DNA of 64,000 nucleotides from the NCBI GenBank assembly GCA_951406725.2, contig OX597826.1, forward strand, positions 83,080,001 to 83,144,000, in the 5' to 3' direction. The position numbers and the translations under genes are program-made. Source of the DNA: Octopus vulgaris (taxonomy: Eukaryota). The notes under the pieces are model-generated. The model saw nothing but the letters and a program-made list of their open reading frames with translations, did no database searches and was not told the origin of the DNA. Positions 28,896-43,112 of the stretch are shown piece after piece (positions within the stretch are counted from its first letter, which is position 1; the number at the start of each line of letters is the position of its first letter).

Positions 28896-31800
28896 ATTAT
28901 TGTTGGTGTTATAATTGTTATTGCTGCTGTTCTTATTCTTGTTTTCATTACTGTTGTTGTTGTTATTGTCGCCGTTGTCTGTTGTTGCTCATTGCCGAAA
29001 CTCGGTGTCTTCGAAGAGATCTATAAATCTGCGTCTTGTTTACTTTGCCACTCATTTGTATTGTTAAGCTTATTGTTGTTGTTGTTGCTTTGTTTTTTCG
29101 TTTTCGATTTTTGTTTGTTTTATTTTTTTTTTTTGTTTTGTTTTTTCGAAAACAGCTACATTTCCCTTTTGTTATTTGCCTCACGGAATAAAATTTCGAA
29201 AAACAGAAAATAATTTTCTGTCAAAACATAATTTCCAAGACGGCTTCATGGTTTTCGCTGCTGGCGGCCGGTCAGCGACGGAGGAAGGTGAGAGGAGGGG
29301 ATTTTGAAGATGAAACTGACGGGTACAGACAAACCCACTTACAACATAGCACCACAGTCATAGCAGTGAACAGCAACAGTAACGGCGGCATCAGTAGTGA
29401 TAACAACAACAACAAGAACTGCAATAACAACAGCAACAATAACCACGGTAGCTGCAGCAGCAATGCCGTGTGAAGCAGAGTATCAGAAAGTGGACGTGAA
29501 ACTGTTGACATGGCGAACAGAGTTAGTGGCGGGAGAGGAAAAACCAGGACAAACGACAGCGTTTTATTGGCAACGAACTTTAGAATCAGCAATGGAATCA
29601 TTACCACCACACTAGGAATACGCAATAACAGCAACAACAACAACAACAACAGCACTAGAAATACGATAAAAAGTGGCTCCTTTCCTAGTGTTGCAAAGAC
29701 ATTTAATTTTGTCCGGCTGGAGAAAAAACATCAGTACTTAGAACAAGTAGATAGACATTGACAAAGGCATTAGAAAGGTGGTCCTCATGAGACCAAAGCA
29801 GGATCCTATAGAAAGATGGACATACACATGATGGACATGTATGTATCATTGAAAAAACACAGACTGGAGCGCATCATCCCAGAGCAGAATGAAATATGCT
29901 TTAAAATCATTTGGAGAGGCTTCAACGTTATTCCTCGTACCAACCAGTATGCCTGTGTATGAGTTAATTGTTATTTGGTGGACCAGATGTACTCCACCGT
30001 TTTCAAGCATAAGCGAGGAATTTATTCTGATACTACTTTTCCTGGGGGGGGGGGGGAAGGGATCAGGATGAAAACTGAAAACGGACCGCAAGAAGATTCC
30101 TGGTGAATGGCAAAATGTGCTCTAATGAGAAAGCATAACACACTGCGAGAAATAACAAAAAATAATCGAAAATGAAATTGGATTGGGTGAAATTTGGGAT
30201 ACTGGACAGGATCCCCGACCTACAGATGGTACCTGAGGCTCGAAGGCTTAGATGCTGTAATCGTGACAACTCTGATCACTCTCGAGGTCTTGTAGCCCCG
30301 AAAATCAATGAAAGATGGCCTCCACTCTAATCAACTCCGCAACATAAGCAACTTCAAGCAGTAACAACAAAACCAGCAACAATATCAGCATCAGCAACAG
30401 TGTGCATCAGCAGCAGCACCACCACCACTACCACCACCACCAGGCGCTAAAATAACAGCAACATCTTCAAGAAGGGCAATGACACCAGCAAGGGAAGCAA
30501 CACCTACAAAAATAATGATGAAGTCCTACCAGCAAAATCACCACATCATTAATAGCAGCAACAGTGTTACAAAATATCCAAGACAACAATAACAACAGAC
30601 CAAAAAAAAAAAAACTCCCTTACACGGACAAGTTGCGTGGTGAAGATGATGTGGGAAACTCTAAATGCAAAAGATCTCAAAAGAAGAAACGAAAAAAGCG
30701 AAGAATATTAAACCAACAAAAATGCTGGAAGTTCCAAGGAACTTTGCAGATGCATTTAAACGATACACCAACACCACCAACAACAACATCAACAGCAACA
30801 ACAGTACCATTGCTAGCAACACCACATATAATTCTACACGTGAAACACAAGCACAGCTTTATCAGACCCACGCCATCAATCATAACAGCAAACCGCAACG
30901 CGAATAACAAACAAAGCGCTAATTATAAGGCCATAGACACAAGTAACAACGAAAAAACTAATGGATGATATTTATCAACACACAAACATTACACAGGATG
31001 ATTACAGCAAATGAATTAATAGCATACCTGCATACCTAAAAATTATTAAAACGATACCAAATTACTTCCGAGGGAATATTAATTTAAAAACTTCAAACTG
31101 CCTTGCTTCAGACATCTGTGGGTATTCCTAGGAAATCCCGCTCTTTAGTGTTCGTGGCTGATTGGAGCGATCATGGATGCTTGAAGGGAGTGTTTGGATT
31201 TAGCTGAAAGGAGCTGATGAAAACCTGCTCAGGTGTTTTGAACTGGCTAGCAGCAACCGACTGAATTTTCCGAATGTGCCACTGAGTACATGGACAAATA
31301 GGTCATCCTGTCTGTATCTCGATAAAGTATTCTGAAGGCTAGTAGATAAGAACAGCACAAGTTGGTCACAATTTCAAATCGTCAGCTACACAGAGCACAA
31401 AATCGTTTATCTGTACGATCGGCCTAAAATGGCTTCATAGGCAGGATCCTAGTTACTGGATTTTCAACCCTTTGGTCCTGGTGCGGCAAGCTCACAGAAA
31501 CCGGATTAGCGAATTATTTTCGTTAACAATAAATCGCAGTTCGCCCTCGAAAAGGCAATTAAAGTAGCGCCGCTAAGGTTTCGTAAGAAAACAGTGATAA
31601 CAGAGAGAATTATATTAGAGTGATGCCTAGCTAGAAAAGGCATTCGGGAAAGGCATCGCAGTTGACACACTTGACATGACTGGACCTTTACCAATTCTTC
31701 AATGAAAAGTCCTCTTTTGTGGAATTATTCTTCGTCTTCACGCTCTTTCATGTAATCCGACATTGTATCATTCTGTGGCGACCTTAATCATTTTGAGGAA

Positions 31801-32099
31801 CCCTAAAAGTTTAATAAGAAAAAACATTATTATCATTTTATTATTCTTGTTGTTGTTGTTGTTATCTTCAGGATGGTTGATTGGCAGAATCGTTTAAACG
31901 ACCAGTTGAATGCAGTGCGCTACTTGTTCTAGCCCAGCCTTCTGCGTTCAATCCTCACCAAGGTCAAGATTCCATTACAGCCTTCAGGGGTCGCTCAACT
32001 AAAATACCGAAGAGAAAATGGAAAAGATTCAATAGAACCGTTTTCTTTGGCCTTTTTCCAAATTACTTTTATTCCTAATCTCCACACCGGTCTCCCTTT

Positions 32100-32550
32100 T
32101 AGCATATTTTTCTTCTTGTAATTTCTCGTTTTTTTCTTCTTCTTCTTCTTCTTCTTCTTCTTCTTCTTCTTCTTCTTCTTCTTCTTCTTCTTCTCCTTCT
32201 CCTCCTCATCCTCATCCTCCTTCTTCTTTTTCTTCCCCTGTCGTCTTTGTTTTCCTCTTCTATCTTTTCTTCTTTGGGTTTCTCTTTGTAGTTTTTCTTT
32301 CTAATCTCTTTCCCTTTTCCTTCTTTCTCTTCACTCTTTCCTCTTATCCTTCTTTTCGTCTTTTTCGTCTATGTATTCCCCTTTTTCTTCTCTTAATCTT
32401 CTTTTGTCTTCTGACAACTCTTTCACTTCCTTATTTCTGTTTTTATACTTTTTCGTCTTAATTTTTCTCTTCAACTCAATTTTCTCATTTTCATTAGGAA
32501 GAAGAAAGAAAACGGAATTCTCATTCCGTTTTCTTTCTTCTTCCTGAACG
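32100..32550 (+). repeat. (CTT)n and polypyrimidine tract
   Basis: Direct inspection. Confidence 0.85.
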
Positions 32551-32823
32551 ATTTTCAGGATGACAAAAGCCGCAGCACAACAGGTGTAAAAACAGGTGTA
32601 AAAACAGTGCAATATTAGCATTTTGTTCTGTCTTGGCGTTCAGATCTTGCTGTGGATCGAGGTCGACTTTGTTGCCGTTCTTCGGTGCGAAGTGGTTGAA
32701 GAATGGTAAGTGATGGAGAAGCAGCAAGCGCTGAAACAATCGATCAGTTACTCTCTTCTCTAACCTGTCTTTCTCGCCTTTAAATGTGCGTATGATTCTG
32801 TCTTCAGTCATAAGAAAAATCAA

Positions 32824-32865
<42 letters not shown>

Positions 32866-33096
32866 CGCTTATGTGTGTCCAATATTTCAGGTGGTTATTA
32901 ATTTATGCTCAATGCCATCAAAGCGGTGACCGACACTAATATTCCAATATTTCCACCATATGAATCTTGCCTTTCCAGAGTTAGCCCCACCCCCTCCTCT
33001 CATGCTCTACACGGAGCCATGGACTGAAACACACGGCAAAGTATGTGCAATGCGCAGAGCAAAGGTCTGTGAAAATATCTCTCTCTCTTTTTTCTC

Positions 33097-33151
<55 letters not shown>

Positions 33152-33518
33152 GTATATACATTTCTATGTATCTACCTCTTTCTAGCTCTTCCCGTTGACA
33201 TGTTACGCAATCTCACAGAAACAATGTGCATTTTGAATATTTCTTTCTCTTTAACACAACTGAAAATACAAACTGGAAGGTCACCTGTGGGTTTGTTTTT
33301 AATATAACAGCATCTCTAAATAGGTTGGAAATGTGTATTGATTTGATTCTGGGGGGAGGGGAAATAGCAAGTCATGGGGGAGAGGAAAATAAGAGAATAT
33401 GAAAAAGAGGAGAGAGATTCTTGTTATGTATTTCATGCTTTTCTTACGCTCGTTGGACCGAAAACTTGAAGATATATATGTGCTCCCACATATACTTATT
33501 TATATGATATATATATAT

Positions 33519-33551
<33 letters not shown>

Positions 33552-33708
33552 CGTGTGTGTATCTTCAGTGTGTATGTGTATGTGCGTGTGTGGGGGCGAG
33601 AGAGGGAGAAATAATCAGAAATTATATATACATACACAGATAGGCTGATAGAGAGAAAGAAAAAGTATATAACATGTGATATGCTGTAATATATACATGT
33701 GTGTGTGC

Positions 33709-33774
<66 letters not shown>

Positions 33775-33938
33775 TTCGTAGTACAAATAGGAAAGATACA
33801 TCTCGATACATGGAATATATTTATTTATTCAATATTTCAATACAAACCAATAAAAACGGGACAATTCCTTGAGTTGCGGACTTCAGTTTGGGGTGAACTT
33901 CTAATCATTTGAACCCGTAAAATAGATGCACACTTAAC

Positions 33939-34001
<63 letters not shown>

Positions 34002-34758
34002 TATGTATATGTATATGTACATGTATATGTATATGCGTGTATACATATGTATATATATATTTATATGCATACATACACGCATATTACATACACACTCACT
34101 CGTGCAAGCATAAACACATACTATGGGTGTGAATGAGTGTGCGTGTCTGTGTGTGTGTGTGTGTGCGTGTCTGTGTGTGTGTGTCTGTGTGTGTGAGTGT
34201 GTGTAGCAAACGTGACGTTAGTTGGCTATGAATGTATAGCAATTCTTTGGCACCACTCAAAATAAAACTGAACCGAAAAATACAGTTGCTGCCTCAACTA
34301 TTTAATACACATTTTGGCAAAATTATCAAGAACATGGAAACCTTACCAAAAATAAAATACAAACATTCATAAAACGCACAAAAACATGTGGGGAAAAAAA
34401 AGAAATACCATGGTGTCTCGAAATTTACAAAGGCATAACATTATATTATTTATAATCTGGCGTTGAGTATTTTAACAGTAATAAAAATTATCCTCAAGAG
34501 CCTTTGCGTGTCAACGCATAACGCGCAAACAAGCCATCAAAGTAGATTATTTTGAAAAGGAGATTGTGAAAGCCTTTGAATCGTCCGATTAAGGGATTTA
34601 GGAAAGCTATAGTCCCAAATTAAACATAAAGGATTAATACGAAGTATAAACAGTCCTTAATAAAGATCCGAAACTTGAACATGATTGGGTTTTTAATGCA
34701 TACATGCATCGAACATACATACCTGCATACATACTCACACACGCGCTCACACATATAA

Positions 34759-34773
34759 TGATAATAATAATAA

Positions 34774-34804
<31 letters not shown>

Positions 34805-34822
34805 AAGAAGAAGAAGAAGAAT

Positions 34823-34906
<84 letters not shown>

Positions 34907-34922
34907 AATAATAATAATATTA

Positions 34923-34988
<66 letters not shown>
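34759..34988 (+). repeat. (AAG)n/(AAT)n compound microsatellite
   Basis: Direct inspection. Confidence 0.95.
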
Positions 34989-34989
34989 T

Positions 34990-36154
34990 TTGGACTGGCC
35001 AAATATCTCGAAATATCGAATGACTGGATGCTAAAGCTCGTGGAAAATCACGAGAGACGAAAGAAGCTTCATTCTATCATAAAGGAAAGCAAAAAATTTG
35101 CTATTGATCTCGTGCAGGATACCCAAACTGAACAACCCGAGGGAAGTACGGCAACTATTATTGCAAAGAAGGTGAAAATGATGGTAATGAAAAAAGCGCA
35201 CGAGCAATTGGCTGATAGGTGAGAGGAGAAACCTCTGCACGGCAAATATGTGACCCGCAGCAAACAAGCTGATGTTGACCAGAAGCAAACTCATCAGTGG
35301 CTACGGAGCTCAGGGCTAAAAGCAGAGAGCGAAGGTTTCATCCTGGCTGCTCAAGATCAAAGCCTATTAACCCGGAACTACCAGGCCAATGTGATGAAAA
35401 ATGGAGCAGACCCAAAATGCCGATTCTGCAACGACATGATTGAAACAGTGGACCACCTAATCTCTGGATGTAAAGTCTTAGCACCAGTGGAGTATAAATT
35501 AAGACATGACAGAGTTGGCCAATATCTACACTGGCTAATAAGTCGGCATTACAATATCAAAACTGCCGACAAGTGGTATAATCACCACCCTGAGGCTGTA
35601 ACTGAAGGAGAAAATGTAACCATTCTGTGGGACTTTCCAGTACATACAGACCGAACCATCAAGGCCAATAAACCAGATATTGTCGTGAAAGACCAAAACA
35701 ATAAAGTTTGCTTATTGATCGACATGAGCATCCCCTGTGATCATAATATCTCAGCGAAAGAGTTTGACAAGCTCAGAAAATATAAAGACCTACTCATTGA
35801 AATTGAGAAAATGTGGCATCTCAAGGCGGTTACAATACCAGTGATCGTAGGAGCACTAGGAATGATCAAGAAGGGAACCGAAAATTATATGAGAATGATC
35901 CCTGGCTTACCATCCCTGCAAGAAGTGCAAAAGATTGTCTTAACTGGTACATCACACGTATTGAGAAGAGCATTGTCGATGTGAGAACTGTTGCTGCTCA
36001 TGTATTTTAATTTAACTTAAAAAAAAAATGAACGAACTACTGAGTTTGGTTTAATGGCCTACCAATATATACTATGAGTTTCTTTGCCCTAGGAGTCGGG
36101 AAGACACTCGGCAAGAAATGGAAGAAAATTTGAAAGAAGAAAAGAAAAAAAAAG
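34990..36154 (+). mobile_element. Young 5'-truncated R4/Dong-type retrotransposon with complete 3' UTR
   Basis: One reading frame 34990-35984 broken only by TGA at 35220-35222 (ADR*EEKPLHGKY); CRFC..HLISGC..RHD..KPDIVV..IDMSIP..KYKDL; (AAT)n on both sides. Confidence 0.95.
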
Positions 36155-36170
36155 TAATAATAATAATAAT

Positions 36171-36696
36171 AAATGCCCTGATGCAGTACCTGGCAGCGAC
36201 TCTCATGGCCTCTCATCTTAACTGATTGGAAGTGTTATCATGTACATTGTTTTGTCTTGGTATAAAAGATGGGCCACAGCAAATATTCTGCTCAATACCA
36301 CAGATTTGCTTGTCAGTTGTTTGACTTTAACCAGTTGAGCATGTCCCTTAGTGGCTGACGATATGTGCATCTCTGATCACGAGCAGAAGTAGTGGGGGAG
36401 CATCATAGCCATGTGTTGAGAGGGATTCTTTGGGGTTTGAATAATTCACCTCTGGAAACATAGGTGTTTCGTTCAACGTCCTTAAACAACCCTTATTCAG
36501 GGACCTTTTGAGTGGGATGGGTTACCCAACCAGAAGAAAATTCTAACTGGGCCCCCACCCGCAAGGTCATGCGCTGTTTATCTTGTTATGAGATCACCAT
36601 GTCGTGCACATATGGTTGTGATGCATGTGCCTGGTGTACCCTTATCAGACGGGTAGTCATGATGGGTATTTGATGGCATGCACTGCTCTCTCACTC
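36171..36696 (+). mobile_element. Non-autonomous (AAT)n-inserted element with intact 5' end and short internal deletion
   Basis: Starts AAATGCCCTGATGCAG like A1/A2, ends CTCTCTCACTC|AATAAT; sits in the AAT tail of the Dong copy. Confidence 0.92.
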
Positions 36697-36768
36697 AATA
36701 ATAATAATAATAATAATGAAATTATTATGTATAGAGCCCAGGTGCACTACAATATGTACGCATGTATA

Positions 36769-36810
<42 letters not shown>

Positions 36811-37581
36811 CACACACACATAATATATGTATTGTATACATATGTGTGTGTGTGCACGCGCGTGATATACATATTAGTAATAGAGGACCAGGCGAGTGAC
36901 TCCGGTAAGTTAGGAATTCTGTTAGACTTAAAAACAAATAGATTTATGGAGTGAGACCATACAGCGGGAGGGAGGGAGAGAGAGAGGGGACGAGAGAGAG
37001 AGGGAGAGAGAGAGAGGGAGAGGGAGGACGAGAGATAAACCGACACTGAAGCTAATCTGCTCGCAAGTGTGTCTGAACAAAAGCTGTGGCAGAGTCATTT
37101 GTGTGTGTGTGTGTGTGTGTAGGCATATGACGTGAGTTAAATAGAAAGAAAGAGAGACATTGACTCAGTCACGTGCTTCCATACATGTAAACATACAAAC
37201 AACCGTTTACACAGACGGACACGCATCAAGGAGCGCGCGCTCGCGCACACAGACACACCTACGTCACGCAAATTACAATTGATTCATGGTTTCGGAACTG
37301 GACGCTTGAGATGTTAAAAATGAAGCGGTCGGGGTTTCTTTCTTTTTTTTCATATATTTTCTTCCGGTGTATTATCATCATTTGGATTAAAGCCTGTACA
37401 GTGATGCGATGTCAACAGTTAAACATCTTTATTGAACTTGCAGCCTCTTCCGATACATCTTCTCTTCTCTTACATTGTCCTCCGTGACAGTCTTCACCAT
37501 TCAGAGTTAATGATTGCAATATAACATTATTGATACAGCAAAACAAACGGTCGATTCTGACCGTATTATATATATATATTC

Positions 37582-37654
<73 letters not shown>

Positions 37655-37666
37655 TGTGTGTGTGTG

Positions 37667-37731
<65 letters not shown>

Positions 37732-37862
37732 GTATTCTTTCATACGTGCCATTTAGTGCAGGTCAAATGGTATGGCCAAGTGATGCGTAATTCTAAAGAG
37801 GTCGAGGTTAGTATATATTAGGTGCTTTTTCAGATATCTGTCTTTGACTGTCTGCTTTTCTT

Positions 37863-37918
<56 letters not shown>

Positions 37919-38075
37919 CTTGTCTGTCTGTCTGTTTGCCTGTCTGTCTTTCCATTTATCATTATATCTGTTTTTTGTTTATCTATACATCTATGCATTT
38001 AGATGCTAACATCCCTCATTTTCTCTCTCATTCTCTCCATATGTGTGCATGTTTGTGTGTATGTATATGTATGCG

Positions 38076-38140
<65 letters not shown>

Positions 38141-38548
38141 TAATTACAAATATGTGTCTGTATAAGTATATGTATGTGTGTGTGTGTGTGTGTGTTTGTA
38201 ATGTCTGAGTAGATATGTGAAAAAAAAGGATGTAATTCTAAAATAAGTCATCTCTTCGATGAAGAAGATCGATAAAATGATAACCAATAGCCAAGAGTCG
38301 ATATCTTTAAAACCCTTCAAGGCAATGTCCCGCAATGGCTGCAGTCCAATTACTGAAAAACTAGTCGAGGGTTTAATGGTAACAACATAATAATTTAACT
38401 ACCTTCTTGTCCATCTCACTTATTGTCTTTGTATGTTCAAATAAATATATATATATATATATCCCTCTCGCTTTCTCTTTCTTTCTCTTTCTCAGTCTTT
38501 TGTATAAAGTGTGCTACTATATATATGTGTATCATTGTATGCTGCATG

Positions 38549-38620
<72 letters not shown>

Positions 38621-38666
38621 TATATGTATACATATGTATATATATGTATATATATGTATGTATATG

Positions 38667-38711
<45 letters not shown>

Positions 38712-39739
38712 GTATGTATGGATGGATGTCTTTTATTGAAGAAACTTTTCTCAAACTGTTACTGGGAGTTTCACGCAACCGATCGTCACGATTATCAGAC
38801 TTTCTGACGATCATTTACATGAAACCCGGTTACAGTCTGTGAAATCTTTTTCAGCTTCATTTAATTAATTCTGCCTTTTTTTACTTATATACTTACATGA
38901 GTTCCTCAGCGCGCGCGCCCGCGCATACTACTTATATTTACACAGAGACACACACATACGTATACGTGTGTGTGCGTGTGTGTTGATCACTGAGAAAAGC
39001 TAAATTACAGAACTCGGAACATGGCTGCAGAATACTCCTTTCTTCATTTCTACATGTCTACATGAAAGGCTTATAATTCCCAGTTCTCAGAGTTTCCCAT
39101 TTTCGATCATTCAGCTGGAAATCCGACCTCGTTTGATTATATTTTGAGAAATTATACGAATATTTCCAAGAAAATGCTTATACTTGAGATTGTTTCCCCC
39201 CATATCGTGCGAACGACATGTGCAAAAGAATGGCTGTCTCAAATTCACGTTTCTCGCTTTATTTCTGCTCCCCGTGGGAATATTGAAAACGTCTTAACTC
39301 TCATACAGGGAAGGTCACGTCAAGAATTGTCCTCAAGAAATTGCGTTGTTGTTTAAGGAATATTTCAAAAACACAATACTCTCAGAAGCAGGTCGAAATT
39401 CAAGGAGGCTGGTATTTACATCGAAGACACTTAACTCGTGCATAGGAGGCGTTAAGAGTTCGGTTCTTGTTCAAACTGCTTCTTGAAATAAAATTCTTTA
39501 TTATTCGATCAAAGGTCAGTCTGCATTTTCCGCTTTCAGGATACCTTCGCTGATTGGCTCTTTCTTATCTAAAATCGACCTTACACAAACGTAGGCACGG
39601 ACATAAATATACACGAATGTGTATTTGCGTGTGTATGTATTCCAATATGTGTGTACACATGAATGTGTGTGCGCGTGTGTGTGCGTACTTATACGCTTCT
39701 GTGTGTGTATATATGTGTGTATGTGAGTGTCTGCTTGAC

Positions 39740-39795
<56 letters not shown>

Positions 39796-39854
39796 CACAA
39801 ACATACACACACACACACACATACACATATGCAGACACATATGTGCTTGTATGA

Positions 39855-40157
39855 AGGTGAGTGACCCAGTGGTTAGAGTGTCGCACTCGCAACCGCTAGA
39901 CCATGAGTTCGATTCCCAGGTCGAGCGGTACATTGTGTTCTTCAGCAAAAACCCTCCATTTCATCTTGTTCCAGTCCACTCAGCTATAAATGAGTCACCC
40001 CCACGTGCGAAGGAATAGCCTTCTTCCGGTCAGGATGGCGGGGGCTGTCGGCTTGACCGCCTCACCAGCAGAGAAGCATCATTCGAAAACTAAAGTGATG
40101 CAAAACGCATCGTCACCAGCGATGTATAACATCCGATAATTTGGTCGATCACGTGAT
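39855..40157 (+). mobile_element. tRNA-derived SINE, diverged
   Basis: A box tgacccagtggtt, B box gagttcgattccc, central ccagtccactcagct shared with 50026-50351. Confidence 0.8.
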
Positions 40158-40301
40158 GTACATATGCGTGTATATATATTTTTTTTTTCAGTAAAAGCAA
40201 TTAAGATTCAAGTGAGTTCCAATGAATCCATTCTTGTTGCTTTTTTCTTGTGTATATATATATACACACACACACACGCACACACACACACACACACGCA
40301 C

Positions 40302-40635
<334 letters not shown>

Positions 40636-41196
40636 TAAGAAATAGAGTCAAACTTAGATATTATTCAAATCATTTATAATTCCAACATTTGTTTCGAAGA
40701 AAGCATTGAGATTATTCCGGAAGAAATAAAAATTATGTAAAACAATGCAATTATTTCGTCAGAGAAAAAAGAGAAAGAAAACTCATCAAAAAGTCATTTT
40801 AACCGAATGTGATTACTGCGTGTATGATGAAGGGGAACGTTAATAGATTTAACGTGAAAAGTAATTTCGAGGAGGAGAAAGAAATAAATTAACAGAGAAT
40901 TATGAGTGGAGAAATATGGTGTGAAAGATGAATGGAAATAGAGCTTAAAAGCGTGGAAATAAATATATGTAGTGGAAATGAAATGTAAGAAGACAGTTAA
41001 AGGTCGAATTTTATAGAAATAGTTGTAGGAACTAAAGGCATGTTTTTAGCAATATTTACAACGATAAACGCATTCTTTAACGCTCTGGGTCGATTTGTTC
41101 GACCAAAGGCGGTGTTCCAGCATGGCCGCAGTCAAGAAAAGACCATATATATATATATAAATATATATGTATGTTTGTTAGTTAGTTAGTTAATTT

Positions 41197-41692
41197 TTTG
41201 GCTCAAAAGCAAAAAGCAAGGCCATGTAGGGGGACATAAAGTTATGTACAGGGTGGTGTTCATGTAAAGAGTTCAGGCCATTTGAGGTCAAGAGAGACTT
41301 TGAACCGAGCGCTCGTCGGCATCTTCACCATCTCGTCTGGCAGCTTGTTCCACGGATCCGCAACCCGGACGGAGAAAGCCCCTCTCCTTCGATTGAGATG
41401 AAATCGTCGCAGATAGAGCTTTTCGGAATGACCCCGCAGCCGACGCTCTGGAGCAGGAGTGAAGAACAGCTCTTTCCAGAGGTTACACTTTCCGCTTATG
41501 ATGTTGTGAGCGAGAATGAGATCACCACGGCGGCGGCGTTTTTCGAGAGAATAAAGGTCGAGCGTCTTCAGCCTTTCTTCATAAGACAAATTCTTGAGAC
41601 CATGAACCATGCGGGTAGCCAGCTTCTGGACTCTTTCGAGATGCTGTATGTCTTTGAGGAGATAAGGAGAAGAGGCTTGAATCCCGTACTCC
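41197..41692 (-). mobile_element. CR1-clade LINE 3' fragment with (TAAC)n tail
   Basis: LEYGIQASSPYLLKDIQHLERVQKLATRMV..YEERL..L.LYSLEKRRRRGDLI..RLRGH..FSVRV..WNKLP; short 3' UTR ending in taactaactaac. Confidence 0.93.
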
Positions 41693-41750
41693 AATATATA
41701 TATATAAAGGAAAATGCGCACACTTACATAGGTTTAATATAAATTTTAAT

Positions 41751-41785
41751 ATATCGACCGGTTTCGCTATCGCTATTCATGATAT
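41751..41785 (-). ncRNA. Minimal type I hammerhead ribozyme motif (Penelope-type) with A3-U8 core variant
   Basis: Minus strand ATATC-ATGAATA-GC-GATA-GC-GAAA-CCGG-TC-GATAT: 5-bp stem I, 2-bp stem II, palindromic stem III, GUC cleavage triplet. Confidence 0.7.
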
Positions 41786-42274
41786 TATGTTTTACTTATT
41801 TGAATATGTATTTTTTCTTAAGATGAAATTTAGTCCATGTTGTGTGTGATGAAATTCACGAGTGAATGACTTCACAAGTAGATAAATAAAGGGAGGTAAT
41901 TGGTTGTCGTTATTATTGTTATCGTTGTGGGTAAAGGAGATAACTGTTCAGTTTTCAGTAGTGGGTGGGGATTATATATGTGTACAGACAGAGACAAGTT
42001 CAAAAACTTTGTTTAGTAGGGGATTTATGTACCGTGATGTAATCGTGAATTGAAATATGTAAAAAGATAAAAGTTGGTTATGAGTGCATATTAAGATGTG
42101 CTCGAGTTGCGGATACCACTATATTTGCCAAACGAGTATGACCTTGAGAAAAAGAACGACTCTACATAAGGAGCAAATCCGTTTCCCGCAATACAGATAA
42201 ATTCCTCTCGGTGAACATATAGAAAAATGTGCAGGTAACATCAAACCAATCGAAATTCCTCTTTTCTATTACTG

Positions 42275-42334
<60 letters not shown>

Positions 42335-42338
<4 letters not shown>

Positions 42339-42783
42339 CAATGGAGGCAATACCAGTGGAAAACTAGAGGAACATGACCTACCATCCAATAGAATATTTA
42401 ATATATATGTGTGCACTTTCATTGGACAAATTCACTCGTTTTATGTAGAAGAGCTTCCATATATAAATATTTCTAGCCCATTTCTGAGCATTGTTAAGTT
42501 AACAATCTCTGCTTAAAATTGTATAATTTATACTTAGCTCATTGGAGAACTTCAATACAGACTACACTAAATGGAGAAACAATATTTAGGCATTTCTACC
42601 ATCCAACAATTAATATATTGAATATTCTATTGGATGCTAGGTCATGTTCCTCTAGTTTTCCGCTGGTATTGCCTCCATTGAAATCATAAATTGGAACTTA
42701 GCTCAATTAGAGTACTTTATTTCTAGCCCGTCTCTGAGCATTGTTAAGTTAACAATCTCTACTTAAAATTGTTTAATTTATAC
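42335..42783. repeat. Interleaved inverted (72 bp) and direct (~65 bp) duplications
   Basis: 42335-42406 is inverted at 42613-42684 (3 mismatches); 42468-42533 is repeated directly at 42718-42783. Confidence 0.88.
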
Positions 42784-42795
42784 ATATATATATAT

Positions 42796-43112
42796 CGGCG
42801 ACCCCCTTCGGTCACGACACAGACCATGGGATTGCACCCAGAAAGTTACCCTCCTAGACACAAGTCCGGAAGATCAGCAGTCGCCCATGCATACCAGCCT
42901 CCCCTCTCCACGCCACCAGTGTTATCCAAGGGAGAGGCAAAGGGGCCGATACAGCTTGGCACCAGTGACGTCGCAACTCATTTCTACAGCTGAGGGAACT
43001 GGAGCAACGTGAAATAAAGTGCCTTGCTCAAGAACACAACACGCAGCCCGGTCCGGGATTCGAGCTCACAACCTTACGATCGTAAGCTCGACGCTCTAAC
43101 CACTGAGCCATG
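42796..43112 (-). mobile_element. Full-length tRNA-derived SINE with V-domain-like core
   Basis: Minus strand TGGCTCAGTGGTTAGAGC (A box), GAGCTCGAATCCC (B box), GTGTTCTTGAGCAAGGCACTT core; inserted in (TA)n. Confidence 0.9.

Noticed and set aside
29690-30290. CR1-like 3' remnant (LDRIPD motif)
   Set aside because: Single short motif in heavily decayed sequence
29288-30968. N/Q/T-rich short ORFs as a host exon
   Set aside because: CAA/CAG low-complexity sequence, frames repeatedly closed, no recognisable domain
31212-31250. CTGATGA followed by a hairpin as a hammerhead
   Set aside because: GAAA core and stems I/III are not satisfied; probably chance
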